Notes: generated from the sequence alone by a model not told the origin. 64,000 bases of DNA from Dissulfuribacterales bacterium (GCA_041287365.1 JBEULL010000004.1:72353-136352), one strand, 5' to 3'; shown: positions 47,455 through 56,874, counted from the stretch's first letter. Made by a program: numbers and translations.

Positions 47455-48642
47455 TTGGCGAATTCAAAAGATCCGGTGCGTGTGCTGATAGTTGACGATA
47501 CCGCCTTCATGAGGCGGGCGCTGGTGGATATCTTTTCCAAGGATGCGGATATCAATGTGGTGGGAGTGGCCAGTCATGGTCAGGAGGCCATAGAGGCCAT
47601 CGAGCTTCTGTCTCCGGACGTCATCACCATGGATGTAGATATGCCGGTAATGGACGGCATCACCGCAATCAAATACATAATGGTGAAAAATCCCAGGCCC
47701 ATTATCATGATCAGCGGTATGGGAGGCCATGGTCCTGTCACTTTGGAGGCATTCAAGCTGGGTGCGGTGGATTTTTTGCAAAAACCATCCGGCACCATCT
47801 CTTTGGACATACATTCTCAGGCGGAGCATCTGTGCAAGGCTGTAAAAGAGGCTGTCGCTGTGAATGTGCGTCATATAAAGCGGGCGCGTCTGAGAATGCC
47901 TGTCATATCACAAGCCCCTGTAGCAGGACCTGCAAACGGCCTGTTGATATTTCTGGCATTGAAGGGTGCCTGCGGTCAGGTGATGCGTACACTTATGCAC
48001 ATAAAACCCTCGCTGCCGGTTTCCATTTTGGTGATTCATGATATGCCTCCGGAAGTGCTTAAATCCTATGCCACCGCATTGAGCAGACACGTGCCATGGG
48101 GTATTCGTGTGGATGAACGCGGAATGCTGCAAATGCCCGTACAGGAAGAGGGTTTTGAGGATGTCGCCTGTGATATATTTGATAGATTCTGTTCTGAGCA
48201 GGGTGTGGCGCATTTCTATCGTCTTATTCCAAACGATGACCTTGATCTGTTCTTGCTGGCCGTGGCGGAAAAGCTGGGGGAAAAGGCCTTGGCTGTGCTT
48301 TTCGGAGGTCCATCGGACGCGGGTATAGAGGGGTTGGCCGCTGTTGCAAAGGCCGGCGGTGTCAGTCTGGCCATGTCACCGGATATCTGTATCTACCCCA
48401 ATGCCACGAGACATGCCATTGAATCAGGGGCTGCCATTCAGGTTCAGACCGAAAACGACATCTGGAATCGAATAGACATCTTTGGTCGTCGTCTCAAATT
48501 TACGGTTGATACAACTGAAGACGCGCAGCGACAGACAGCCTTAGTGAACGATGCGGTGGGACCATCGAATACCGCCGCCCTGCCTGAACAGGAGGGTGTG
48601 TGTGCCGATGAAACCTCTGCGCCATTGGAGATGACATTATGA
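47455..48642 (+). CDS. REC + CheB-methylesterase-like protein, paralog 1 (nucleophile Ser apparently missing)
   Basis: CheB-type receiver (VLIVDDTAFMRR...DVITMDVDMPVMDG...AVDFLQKP). The C-domain carries LALKGACGQ, VIHDMPPEV and GGPSDAGIEG in place of GASTGG, QHMPPGF and GMGxDG. TTG start after AGGAGG. Confidence 0.8.
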   Translation: MANSKDPVRVLIVDDTAFMRRALVDIFSKDADINVVGVASHGQEAIEAIELLSPDVITMDVDMPVMDGITAIKYIMVKNPRPIIMISGMGGHGPVTLEAFKLGAVDFLQKPSGTISLDIHSQAEHLCKAVKEAVAVNVRHIKRARLRMPVISQAPVAGPANGLLIFLALKGACGQVMRTLMHIKPSLPVSILVIHDMPPEVLKSYATALSRHVPWGIRVDERGMLQMPVQEEGFEDVACDIFDRFCSEQGVAHFYRLIPNDDLDLFLLAVAEKLGEKALAVLFGGPSDAGIEGLAAVAKAGGVSLAMSPDICIYPNATRHAIESGAAIQVQTENDIWNRIDIFGRRLKFTVDTTEDAQRQTALVNDAVGPSNTAALPEQEGVCADETSAPLEMTL

Positions 48643-49724
48643 GCGGCAATGCGGACATCAATGCCGGGAATAGGCTCACGCGGCCTGTGCGGGTTTTTAT
48701 TGTGGACGACTCACCTCTGCTCTGCAAGGCTATCGAAAAGATGCTTCAGGACGACCCTGAAATAGAGATCGCCGGTCATGCCATGAGCGGCCAGGAGGCA
48801 TTGAACCTGTTGCCCAAAGCCGATTGTGATATATGCACACTTGACGTGCATATGCCTGGTATGAGCGGTATAACCGCGCTCAAACACATCATGATTCGTT
48901 TCCCTGTGCCGGTTTTGATGTTGAGTGCCTTTACCGCTGAAGGCTCACGCATTACCTTCGAGGCCCTTCGATACGGGGCGGTGGATTTTTTTCAAAAGCC
49001 ATCGAGGTTGAATGCCGGCGAGGCCGACAGCATTCTTGCACAGGCCAATATATTGAAGTCTAGACTCAAGAGGGCGTCCCGTGTAAGACTGGATGCAGCC
49101 CGTTATTTGAGATTGAAGGTGAAGCCGCGAGGACTGGCAGCGGCAACACAGGCAAAAGAGAAAGGTATAGTGGTCATAGGCACAACTACAGGAGGATATG
49201 CCTCGCTTCTGTCGTTGCTGCCCAATTTGAGCGCCCCGCCCACAACACCAGTTTTGGTCTTTCTTGGTGTAGCTCCTCAGTATGTCGGTCCATTTGCCGA
49301 ATATCTAAAGGCATATCTGCCGTGTCCTGTGGTCAGAGGAACACATGACAGCCGGCTTCAGGCCGGCAGCATCTATCTGGTTAGTATGTCAGAGTCGGCT
49401 GGCTTGGAATATCGAGGTGATGATACCTATCTGTTGTTGAACAATCGCTCCGAACTTATGGGAATGGAAAGCGGTCTGGATCTGCTGCTCTATTCGGTGA
49501 GTGAACACTTCGGCCCTCGAGGATTGGCGGTATTTCTGTCCGGCGATGGAACCGAGGGACTGGAAGGGGCAAGAGAGCTGGCCAGATGCGGCGGTATGGT
49601 GTTGGCGCAGACGCCTGAGACCTGTCTGGTGCCGGAATTGTCCGAGGCTGCCGGCCGCATAGAAAACGCCCGAATCTGTTCTTTGGCCGAACTATCGTCT
49701 CCCATCGTTTCATGGCCGTCCTGA
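48639..49724 (+). CDS. REC + CheB-methylesterase-like protein, paralog 2 (degenerate triad)
   Basis: Receiver with DICTLDVHMPGMSG. The C-domain carries IGTTTGG, FLGVAPQYV and SGDGTEG. ATGA overlap with paralog 1. Confidence 0.8.
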   Translation: MSGNADINAGNRLTRPVRVFIVDDSPLLCKAIEKMLQDDPEIEIAGHAMSGQEALNLLPKADCDICTLDVHMPGMSGITALKHIMIRFPVPVLMLSAFTAEGSRITFEALRYGAVDFFQKPSRLNAGEADSILAQANILKSRLKRASRVRLDAARYLRLKVKPRGLAAATQAKEKGIVVIGTTTGGYASLLSLLPNLSAPPTTPVLVFLGVAPQYVGPFAEYLKAYLPCPVVRGTHDSRLQAGSIYLVSMSESAGLEYRGDDTYLLLNNRSELMGMESGLDLLLYSVSEHFGPRGLAVFLSGDGTEGLEGARELARCGGMVLAQTPETCLVPELSEAAGRIENARICSLAELSSPIVSWPS

Positions 49725-49765
49725 CGGGCGGTTTCCCATACTGCATCAGAAGGTGACCATGGTAT

Positions 49766-51163
49766 ATGTCTGAACAGGACCTGCTTTCGATCCTTGAACA
49801 GATTCATGCAAAACAAGGTGGATTTTGCGGTATTTTGACTGGAATATCACTGTCTGATCTGGTTCAGATGTTATGTCAGGTGCCTTGCGGTAACAAAAAG
49901 ATATGCTTTCAATTTCAAAACGGCAATGGTTCCATCTATTTCATGGATGGCGAGATCGTTCATGCCGAAATAAGTGGTTGTAACTCCGTGAACGGAGAAG
50001 AGGCATTTTATGAGCTGCTCTGCCAAAGGGAGGGGACATTTCTCGTTACGGATGCAAATCATGTTTTGAAAACCATTCATGCCCCATGGCACGCCCTGCT
50101 CATGGAGGCCATGAGAAGAACGGATGAGATAGCGGCTGCAACCAGTTCCAGGGTTACAGAGGTAATGATTGTGGATGATTCGCGTCTCTTTGCCAATGTC
50201 CTGGAAAAGGCATTGACGGAGCAGTGTAACGCGAAAGTCGTAGGCAAGGCCTTTGACGGCAAGACAGCCCTTGGACTTTTGAAGGGCATTCGGCCAGACC
50301 TTTTGACCATAGACATCACCATGCCGGTCATGGCAGGGGATTCGCTGCTGAAAAATATCATGATCCGTTCACCGGCGCCTGTGTTGCTTATGAGTTCCAT
50401 GGGTTCAGGTACCATGCCCAAGATCATGGAATTTCTTCGGCTTGGAGCAGTGGATTACATTCCAAAGCCCAGGTCCGAGGCTGAATGGTCTGACTGTCTG
50501 GAGCGGCTCATAAGACATGTGCAGGATGTGGGGCGTTACTCCTTGAGACATATCAGCAGGGCCAAGGCGGTTATGCCGGTCATGCACAAAAGAGATGCCA
50601 TTGAAAGGGCGGAAAGGCTGCTCGTGGTGCTGGGAGGTGTTGGTGGAATGCTGGAGATTCAAAGGCTTCTGCCCGGCCTGTGCGGGCTGGAGGGTATCGG
50701 TGTCGTGATTTTTCAGGACATGGCCGAGGGGTTTCTGCAGCCGTTTGCAGATTATCTCTCCAAATCTTTCTGTTTTCATCTCTCCACCATGAAACATGGT
50801 GATATTCTTCAGGGTAATGCCTGTAAAATTGCATCATGGAAACATACATGGCGCCTCGATGCTCTTCAGAACAGGTTGTCCGTATCCGTTGTGCCAAGTG
50901 AATCGTCTTTGGATATCAACGTATTTTTGAGTGATGCTGCGAAATATTACGGCACCAAGCTGCATGTCTTGATTTTGAGCGGCACCAGATTGGATGTGGA
51001 GGCAGGGTTGCAGGATGTGGTGACGCATGGGGGTCATATCTTTTTGCAGAATGTTGATTCGGCCATTTTTGCCGAACCTTTGTTGCAGATAGCTGCCCTG
51101 GAACTCGAAGAGTCCAGCATAGACCCTGCAAAAATAGCTGAAAGTTTGATGACAACTCAATAA
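49766..51163 (+). CDS. DUF4388-like + REC + CheB-methylesterase-like protein, paralog 3 (degenerate triad)
   Basis: The N-terminal block LTGISLSDLVQML...GSIYFMDGEIVHAE...GEEAFYELLCQREGTFLV is DUF4388-like. Receiver with DLLTIDITMPVMAG. The C-domain carries VLGGVGG, FQDMAEGF and SGTRLDV. Confidence 0.75.
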   Translation: MSEQDLLSILEQIHAKQGGFCGILTGISLSDLVQMLCQVPCGNKKICFQFQNGNGSIYFMDGEIVHAEISGCNSVNGEEAFYELLCQREGTFLVTDANHVLKTIHAPWHALLMEAMRRTDEIAAATSSRVTEVMIVDDSRLFANVLEKALTEQCNAKVVGKAFDGKTALGLLKGIRPDLLTIDITMPVMAGDSLLKNIMIRSPAPVLLMSSMGSGTMPKIMEFLRLGAVDYIPKPRSEAEWSDCLERLIRHVQDVGRYSLRHISRAKAVMPVMHKRDAIERAERLLVVLGGVGGMLEIQRLLPGLCGLEGIGVVIFQDMAEGFLQPFADYLSKSFCFHLSTMKHGDILQGNACKIASWKHTWRLDALQNRLSVSVVPSESSLDINVFLSDAAKYYGTKLHVLILSGTRLDVEAGLQDVVTHGGHIFLQNVDSAIFAEPLLQIAALELEESSIDPAKIAESLMTTQ

Positions 51164-51210
51164 ACTCTGTGGAATATTGAAGTTTCAAAAGAAGGAAGAT
51201 AGGAGGTTGA

Positions 51211-51552
51211 ATGTCTCGTATATTGGTAGTCGATGATTCGAGTTTTATGCGTAAACGTATAGTGGATGTCCTTATGAAGGTCGGTCATGATGTAATAGGT
51301 CAGGCCGAAAATGGGGAACAGGCGATCGCCCTTTATGCGGAATTGTTGCCGGATTTTGTGATTATGGATGTTACGATGAAGGGTTTGGATGGAGTGGAGG
51401 CTGCGAAGCGTATCAAAAAACAGCGACAGGATGCAAAGATTATCTTTATGAGTCTGGTTTCGGATGTAGAGGTTGTAGAACAGGCCAAGGCCCTTGGAGC
51501 GGTGGCGTTTTTAAAAAAAGACGAATACGACCGTTTGTTGGCCTTGTTGTAA
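51211..51552 (+). CDS. cheY: Single-domain response regulator (CheY-like)
   Basis: 113 aa, with ILVVDDSSFMRK and DFVIMDVTMKGLDG. Confidence 0.8.
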   Translation: MSRILVVDDSSFMRKRIVDVLMKVGHDVIGQAENGEQAIALYAELLPDFVIMDVTMKGLDGVEAAKRIKKQRQDAKIIFMSLVSDVEVVEQAKALGAVAFLKKDEYDRLLALL

Positions 51553-51611
51553 ACATTCTGCGACTGCATGACCCGTTGTAAAATCTGTCATTGTTGAACC
51601 AAGGAGGAATC

Positions 51612-54434
51612 ATGGCTGTTGACAAGGAAATGCTCAAGGAGTTTGTGGCCGAAGTAGAAGACAATCTGCATGAATTGGAAAATAATCTTCTGGTGTTGGA
51701 ACATGATTCGGCCAATCGTTCTTTGCTGGATGCCTGTTTCAGAAATATGCATACAATAAAGGGTTCCTCCGGCTATATGGGCTTCACATCCATGGCTAAA
51801 CTGGCGCACGCCATGGAGGATATGTTCGACCGCGTCAGGAGAGGGGATGCAACTATTGCCGAACCAGGTATGGCGCTCGTATTTCAGGGGGTTGATGCCC
51901 TGAAAACCCTTTTGAATGAGTTGGAGGCGCAAGGTGAAGAGATGACGGATTTTTCAGGCCTGAATGCCAGGTTTGAAGAATTCGGCCGGCAGCCTGCAAT
52001 ATTGGAAACAGCGGCGCAGTCGTTACCTGATGTTGATGTCGAGGGTACTGAAACGATGCAGGCCGTGAAGCAGAAACCTGATGCGGTGACTGAAAATGAG
52101 GAGGACGAGGAGTTGTTTTCCATCTATAAAGATGAACTCAAGGGGTTGTTGTGGCAGCTCTCAACCCTTTTGCAGAACGACAGCGCCCCTGGTTCCGAGG
52201 TTATCAGGATTATCTCAGATATAGAGAGAATGACCAATTATGTGGGTATCGATGACCTGCTCGATGCCCTGCAGAAGCACCGTGATGCCATATCAGGATT
52301 GGGCGACGATATAAGTCGCAGCGATCTAGAAAAGATATATCGAGACCTGCTGGATCTTTTCAGACCATTGATCGGAGAGACGGAAGATGTCCTGATGCAG
52401 ACTCCGGAGTCATTGCCAGCCTTTCTCGAAGAAGACGATCAGGAACTCTATGGCATTTTTTTGGATTTTGTGGCGGAAAAATCCGTTCCGTTCGCCAGTA
52501 TGCCGAATATCGCAGACGAGACATGGATAGCGAAGTGTCAGGAGTCCATAGAGGCCATACGGAGTTCAGCCCATTATATGGATTACATGGACGTGGTGGC
52601 GCTCATGGACGAGTGGATGGAGAGACTGACCGAGGCCCTCACGGCCTGTCACAGCGGTGCATGTCTGGTAACAAGTCCGCTTCAAAATCTATGGGAAAGA
52701 TTGCAGCAGATGCTGCCTGGTCTCACAGAGAAATTCGAGGCCATGCATAGCGAACAAAAAGAGGCATCCATCGGAAGTATTTCTGAACTCGACGATGTGT
52801 TGGACGGATTGTTTCAGGACAATATGCTGGACTTCGGCCTTAAAGAGATGCAGCCGGCGCAGGCTGCATCGAGCTCAATGGAGGCTATAGAGGCAGAAAA
52901 GACCAAAGAGGAGCCGTTCTCAGGAGATGTTCACAGCGGCGCCATAGACGACGCCATCTTCGACAACGCCTTCAACGACATGTTCGAAGCGCAGCCCGCG
53001 GAAACCATTCAGACACATGTAGCGGCTTCGAAGGAGACAACGCAGACTTTTTCGTCTGATCTGTCGCGGCCGTTGACCGTAAAGACACCGGATACCTCAG
53101 GCATGAGGCAGCAGCCGGAGGTTACTGCCACTGCAACCCAGACGGTCAGAATCGATCTGTCTCGTGTGGACCAGCTTCTGGGGGATGTGGGTGAGCTGGT
53201 GGTGTTGAGGGCGGGCATGAAACAGATGTCTGACCAGATGAGAGACATTCACCGCTATCTCCTCAGCAAGGGTCTGCTCAATCGGGATCTCAGAGAATTC
53301 AAGGACGTAATGATACGCATGAGTGAACAGACCTCGACCATGAGCCGTATCCTGAATCATCTGCAGGACGGAATCATGAAGATGCGCATGCTGCCTATCG
53401 GTCAACTGTTCGACAGATATCCACGTATGGTGAGGGATTTGAGCCAGAAACTTGGTAAAAAGGTGGTATTGGACATCTCTGGAGCGGATACCACTCTGGA
53501 TAAACGTATAATAGAGCAGATGGTGGATCCCATGATGCACCTCATTAGGAATTGTGTGGATCACGGCATAGAGCCCCCTGATATTCGTGAAAAACTGGGT
53601 AAGCCCGCGGTGGGTACAATACTGTTGTCGGCATCCCAGGAAGGCAACTTCGTGACTATCACCATAATGGATGACGGAAAGGGCCTGGATCGGGATGCAC
53701 TCATTCAAAAGGCTGTGTCCATGGGTATTCTGTCCGCTGAACAGACCAGGGGGCTGCCGGATGAAAGGGTCTGGGAGCTCGTTTTTCTTGCGGGTGTGTC
53801 CACTGCCTCCCAGATTTCCGACACGTCCGGCAGAGGAGTGGGTATGGATGTGGTCAGGAGGAATGTGGAAAAGATCGGCGGGCAGATACAGATATCTTCC
53901 ACACACGGTAAGGGCACTCGGTTTGTGATTCGTATTCCATTGACCCTTGCCATTATTCAGGCGCTTCTGGTCAAAGTAGGCCAGCAGACCTTTGCCGTGC
54001 CGCTCTCTGTTATAAAGGAGACTCTCAGGGTGCATTCCCAGGAGATCAGCAGTATCGAGGGCATGGAGATGTTCTCTCTCAGACAGCAGACCGTGCCTTT
54101 TATCCGTCTGTCCTCCATTTATAGGGGTACAGGGGCGTTGAAAGAACAGGGAAAATTTTTCGTGGTAATGGTGCAACATGGTGAATTTGTTGCAGGGCTT
54201 GGAGTGGATGCACTCGTCGGCCAGCAGGAGATTGTGATAAAACCATTGGCTGAATATCTGACGGATCAACCTGGTTTTGCCGGCGCGACTATTCTCGGTG
54301 ACGGCTCTATCGCACTGATTCTGGATATCCCGTCGGTCATGCAGCGAGCCAGGCAATTTACACAATTAAAACAGCAAGTTATGGAGAAAAATGCCATCGG
54401 CTTGCACGAGGGTTACGGCGGCTTCATGCAATAG
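51612..54434 (+). CDS. cheA: Chemotaxis-type histidine kinase CheA with additional Hpt-like repeats
   Basis: Hpt domain with FRNMHTIKGSSGYMG, a dimerisation region, HATPase (HLIRNCVDHGIE, DDGKGLD, GRGVGMDVV) and a C-terminal CheW-like domain. Start ATG 51612 follows AGGAGG. Confidence 0.9.
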   Translation: MAVDKEMLKEFVAEVEDNLHELENNLLVLEHDSANRSLLDACFRNMHTIKGSSGYMGFTSMAKLAHAMEDMFDRVRRGDATIAEPGMALVFQGVDALKTLLNELEAQGEEMTDFSGLNARFEEFGRQPAILETAAQSLPDVDVEGTETMQAVKQKPDAVTENEEDEELFSIYKDELKGLLWQLSTLLQNDSAPGSEVIRIISDIERMTNYVGIDDLLDALQKHRDAISGLGDDISRSDLEKIYRDLLDLFRPLIGETEDVLMQTPESLPAFLEEDDQELYGIFLDFVAEKSVPFASMPNIADETWIAKCQESIEAIRSSAHYMDYMDVVALMDEWMERLTEALTACHSGACLVTSPLQNLWERLQQMLPGLTEKFEAMHSEQKEASIGSISELDDVLDGLFQDNMLDFGLKEMQPAQAASSSMEAIEAEKTKEEPFSGDVHSGAIDDAIFDNAFNDMFEAQPAETIQTHVAASKETTQTFSSDLSRPLTVKTPDTSGMRQQPEVTATATQTVRIDLSRVDQLLGDVGELVVLRAGMKQMSDQMRDIHRYLLSKGLLNRDLREFKDVMIRMSEQTSTMSRILNHLQDGIMKMRMLPIGQLFDRYPRMVRDLSQKLGKKVVLDISGADTTLDKRIIEQMVDPMMHLIRNCVDHGIEPPDIREKLGKPAVGTILLSASQEGNFVTITIMDDGKGLDRDALIQKAVSMGILSAEQTRGLPDERVWELVFLAGVSTASQISDTSGRGVGMDVVRRNVEKIGGQIQISSTHGKGTRFVIRIPLTLAIIQALLVKVGQQTFAVPLSVIKETLRVHSQEISSIEGMEMFSLRQQTVPFIRLSSIYRGTGALKEQGKFFVVMVQHGEFVAGLGVDALVGQQEIVIKPLAEYLTDQPGFAGATILGDGSIALILDIPSVMQRARQFTQLKQQVMEKNAIGLHEGYGGFMQ

Positions 54435-54471
54435 GCCGTAAGGCATCGAAAAACTGGAACTGGTGATATAA

Positions 54472-55293
54472 ATGGCACAGACAGCAACAGTACATGAGAA
54501 TTGCTCATGCGATTATCAGAACGCAGCGAATGGCGTTTGCAGGCTCCTGGAGATTATCGTAAGGCTTCGGGCGCCGGACGGCTGTCCGTGGGATAGAGAA
54601 CAGACGCCGCAGTCTGTCATGAAATATCTGCTGGAAGAGACCTATGAACTTCTGGATGCAATTGAACAGGAGGAGCCGGAAGAGGTTGCCGAAGAACTGG
54701 GTGATCTGCTCTTCATGCTGTTGTTTTTGGCCCGTATCTATGAGGAACAAGGGCATTTTCGTGTGCAGGATGCCATGGCGATAGCAGCCCGAAAGATGAT
54801 ACGCAGGCACCCTCACATCTTCGGGAATACAAAGATAAACGGCACAGAGGACGTCATAGCCAACTGGCAGCGCATAAAAGAACAGGAGGCCAAGGATAAA
54901 GGCGTTACTCACAGCGCCCTGGGCAATCTGCCCAAGACCCTGCCCGCCTTGCAATTGGCCTTTCGAGCCGGTGAAAGGGCATCCCGCACGGGTTTTGATT
55001 GGGCCGATGTACAGGGCGTCTGGGCCAAGATGAAGGAGGAGGAGCGGGAATTGCTTCAGGCCGTTGAGCAGAGGGATGCAGATGCGGTTCGCGCGGAATT
55101 TGGAGACCTGCTCTTCACATTGGCAAATATGGCCAGACATCTTTCAATCAATCCGGAGGAGGCATTGAAACAGGCCGTTCGTTCCTTCATGCAGCGTTTT
55201 CAGGCAATGGAGGAGTTTTTTGCAAACCAGGGAAGAAAATTGGTGGATGTCGGTATGCAGGAGATGGACGAGGTCTGGAAACAAGTCAAGTGA
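54472..55293 (+). CDS. mazG: Nucleoside triphosphate pyrophosphohydrolase MazG
   Basis: Two MazG repeats: GCPWDREQTPQS...EETYELLDAIE...EELGDLLF, and a second EEERELL...EFGDLLFTL. Confidence 0.9.
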   Translation: MAQTATVHENCSCDYQNAANGVCRLLEIIVRLRAPDGCPWDREQTPQSVMKYLLEETYELLDAIEQEEPEEVAEELGDLLFMLLFLARIYEEQGHFRVQDAMAIAARKMIRRHPHIFGNTKINGTEDVIANWQRIKEQEAKDKGVTHSALGNLPKTLPALQLAFRAGERASRTGFDWADVQGVWAKMKEEERELLQAVEQRDADAVRAEFGDLLFTLANMARHLSINPEEALKQAVRSFMQRFQAMEEFFANQGRKLVDVGMQEMDEVWKQVK

Positions 55294-55414
55294 TCGTGTT
55301 TGCTCATTACAGGCATATAATATGCATTCAAAAAGACAATTCGCCTGTACAGGCAGATTCTTCGGCTCTATCGTTGATTGACTTTATCGGCCGTTGAGAT
55401 TAAAGGAGAAAGAT

Positions 55415-55855
55415 ATGAAAATTTTGCCTAACCAGTCCAATACGTCCATTGTTTCGTCAAAGCAAGGTAATGGCTCGAATGCCTCCGGCATCTCTTTCGA
55501 TGAGTTGCTGAACAAGTTGTCGAGTGCAGGTCCTACATCCGTGCAGAATGCTGCTTCACTGTCCTCCATAGAAGTTACCGCCCCTGCTGCCGATTCGGTG
55601 CGGTCTGATGCCATGCAGAATGCCTATGACACCCTGGATGTCCTGGAACGCATGGAATGGACACTGACAACCTCTTCGGGTCTTTCCGACTCCGCCAAAG
55701 AAACCTTCAGCTCTTTACTGGACGGCGTTATGGATAGATTGAAGGCCAGCCGGGACAGTCTGGATGCACACGATCCCCTGGTGGATCTTCTGAATCAGAT
55801 CGGCGTGATAGCCGTGGTGGAGCGGGCCAGACTAGGACAGACCGGAATATCTTGA
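55415..55855 (+). CDS. Hypothetical protein (Ser/Asn-rich N-terminus, helical C-terminus)
   Basis: ATG 55415 is preceded by AAGGAG. No family was recognised. Confidence 0.5.
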   Translation: MKILPNQSNTSIVSSKQGNGSNASGISFDELLNKLSSAGPTSVQNAASLSSIEVTAPAADSVRSDAMQNAYDTLDVLERMEWTLTTSSGLSDSAKETFSSLLDGVMDRLKASRDSLDAHDPLVDLLNQIGVIAVVERARLGQTGIS

Positions 55856-55860
55856 GGTGA

Positions 55861-56862
55861 TTGAATCAATCGGAGGGATTTTTGAAAAGCGGTAAGGATA
55901 TATATATTTCCATAGTGGTGCCTGTATTCAACGAGGCCGCCAATCTGGAGGCCTTGGTGTCGCGCATTGTGGCGGCCATGCGGCCTATGGGGCGGCCGTT
56001 CGAACTTATAATAGTGGATGACGGCAGCACGGATGAATCTCGTGTCCTGCTGACCACGATGGCCAAGTCCATACCGGAACTCACAGCCATCCTGCTGCGC
56101 AGGAATTTCGGTCAAAGCGCTGCCATGACCGCTGGTTTCGAGTATGCAACAGGTGAGATCGTGGTGTCCATGGATGGCGACCTTCAAAACGACCCCAAAG
56201 ACATATCGCGGCTTGTGGCAGTTATTGAAGAAGGCTATGACCTGGTGAGCGGCTGGCGTAAAGACAGGAAAGACCCCTTCATATCCCGTCGTTTTCCGTC
56301 CATTATAGCCAATTACCTAATTGGAATGGCCACAGGGGTCAAGCTCCATGACTATGGCTGCTCACTCAAGGCATATCGCAGCGAGGTTGCTAAAAATCTC
56401 CTTCTCTACGGCGAATTGCACAGATTTATTCCTGTGCTGGCGAATTTTTACGGTGTGCGCATAGCGGAAGAGGTGGTGCACCATCACCCTCGTACTCATG
56501 GCAAGAGCAAATACGGCATAGGCCGCACATATCGCGTGATCCTTGACCTGCTGCTCATGCTGTTCTTTCAGCGTTTTGCGACTCGGCCGCTGCAATTCTT
56601 CGGAGGCTGGGGTGGAGGTATGTTTGCAAGTGGTGTGGTCATAGGCCTTTACCTCACCTGTCTGAAGTTGTTCAGCCATCAGGACATAGGCGGCAGACCG
56701 CTTCTGATGCTTGCGGCCATATTGATCATATCTGGTCTGATCTTCATATCCATCGGGCTTCTGGCGGAACTGATGGTCCGCACGTATTATGAATCGACCG
56801 GCAGGCGTATCTACTCCATTCGTGAGGTAGTGAGCGGCGGTTCTTCGATTCCTCGCGCCTGA
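55861..56862 (+). CDS. Family 2 glycosyltransferase, polyprenyl-phosphate sugar transferase type (ArnC/GtrB-like) with C-terminal TM helices
   Basis: Blocks SIVVPVFNEAANL, IIVDDGSTD and DGDLQNDP, with two C-terminal hydrophobic segments. TTG start is uncertain. Confidence 0.85.
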   Translation: MNQSEGFLKSGKDIYISIVVPVFNEAANLEALVSRIVAAMRPMGRPFELIIVDDGSTDESRVLLTTMAKSIPELTAILLRRNFGQSAAMTAGFEYATGEIVVSMDGDLQNDPKDISRLVAVIEEGYDLVSGWRKDRKDPFISRRFPSIIANYLIGMATGVKLHDYGCSLKAYRSEVAKNLLLYGELHRFIPVLANFYGVRIAEEVVHHHPRTHGKSKYGIGRTYRVILDLLLMLFFQRFATRPLQFFGGWGGGMFASGVVIGLYLTCLKLFSHQDIGGRPLLMLAAILIISGLIFISIGLLAELMVRTYYESTGRRIYSIREVVSGGSSIPRA

Positions 56863-56874
56863 GCATTTTCTTAA

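Noticed and set aside
53097-54365. 422-aa minus-strand ORF inside cheA
   Set aside because: It is antisense to the HATPase/CheW region of CheA. No motifs were found. It is a typical long shadow ORF.
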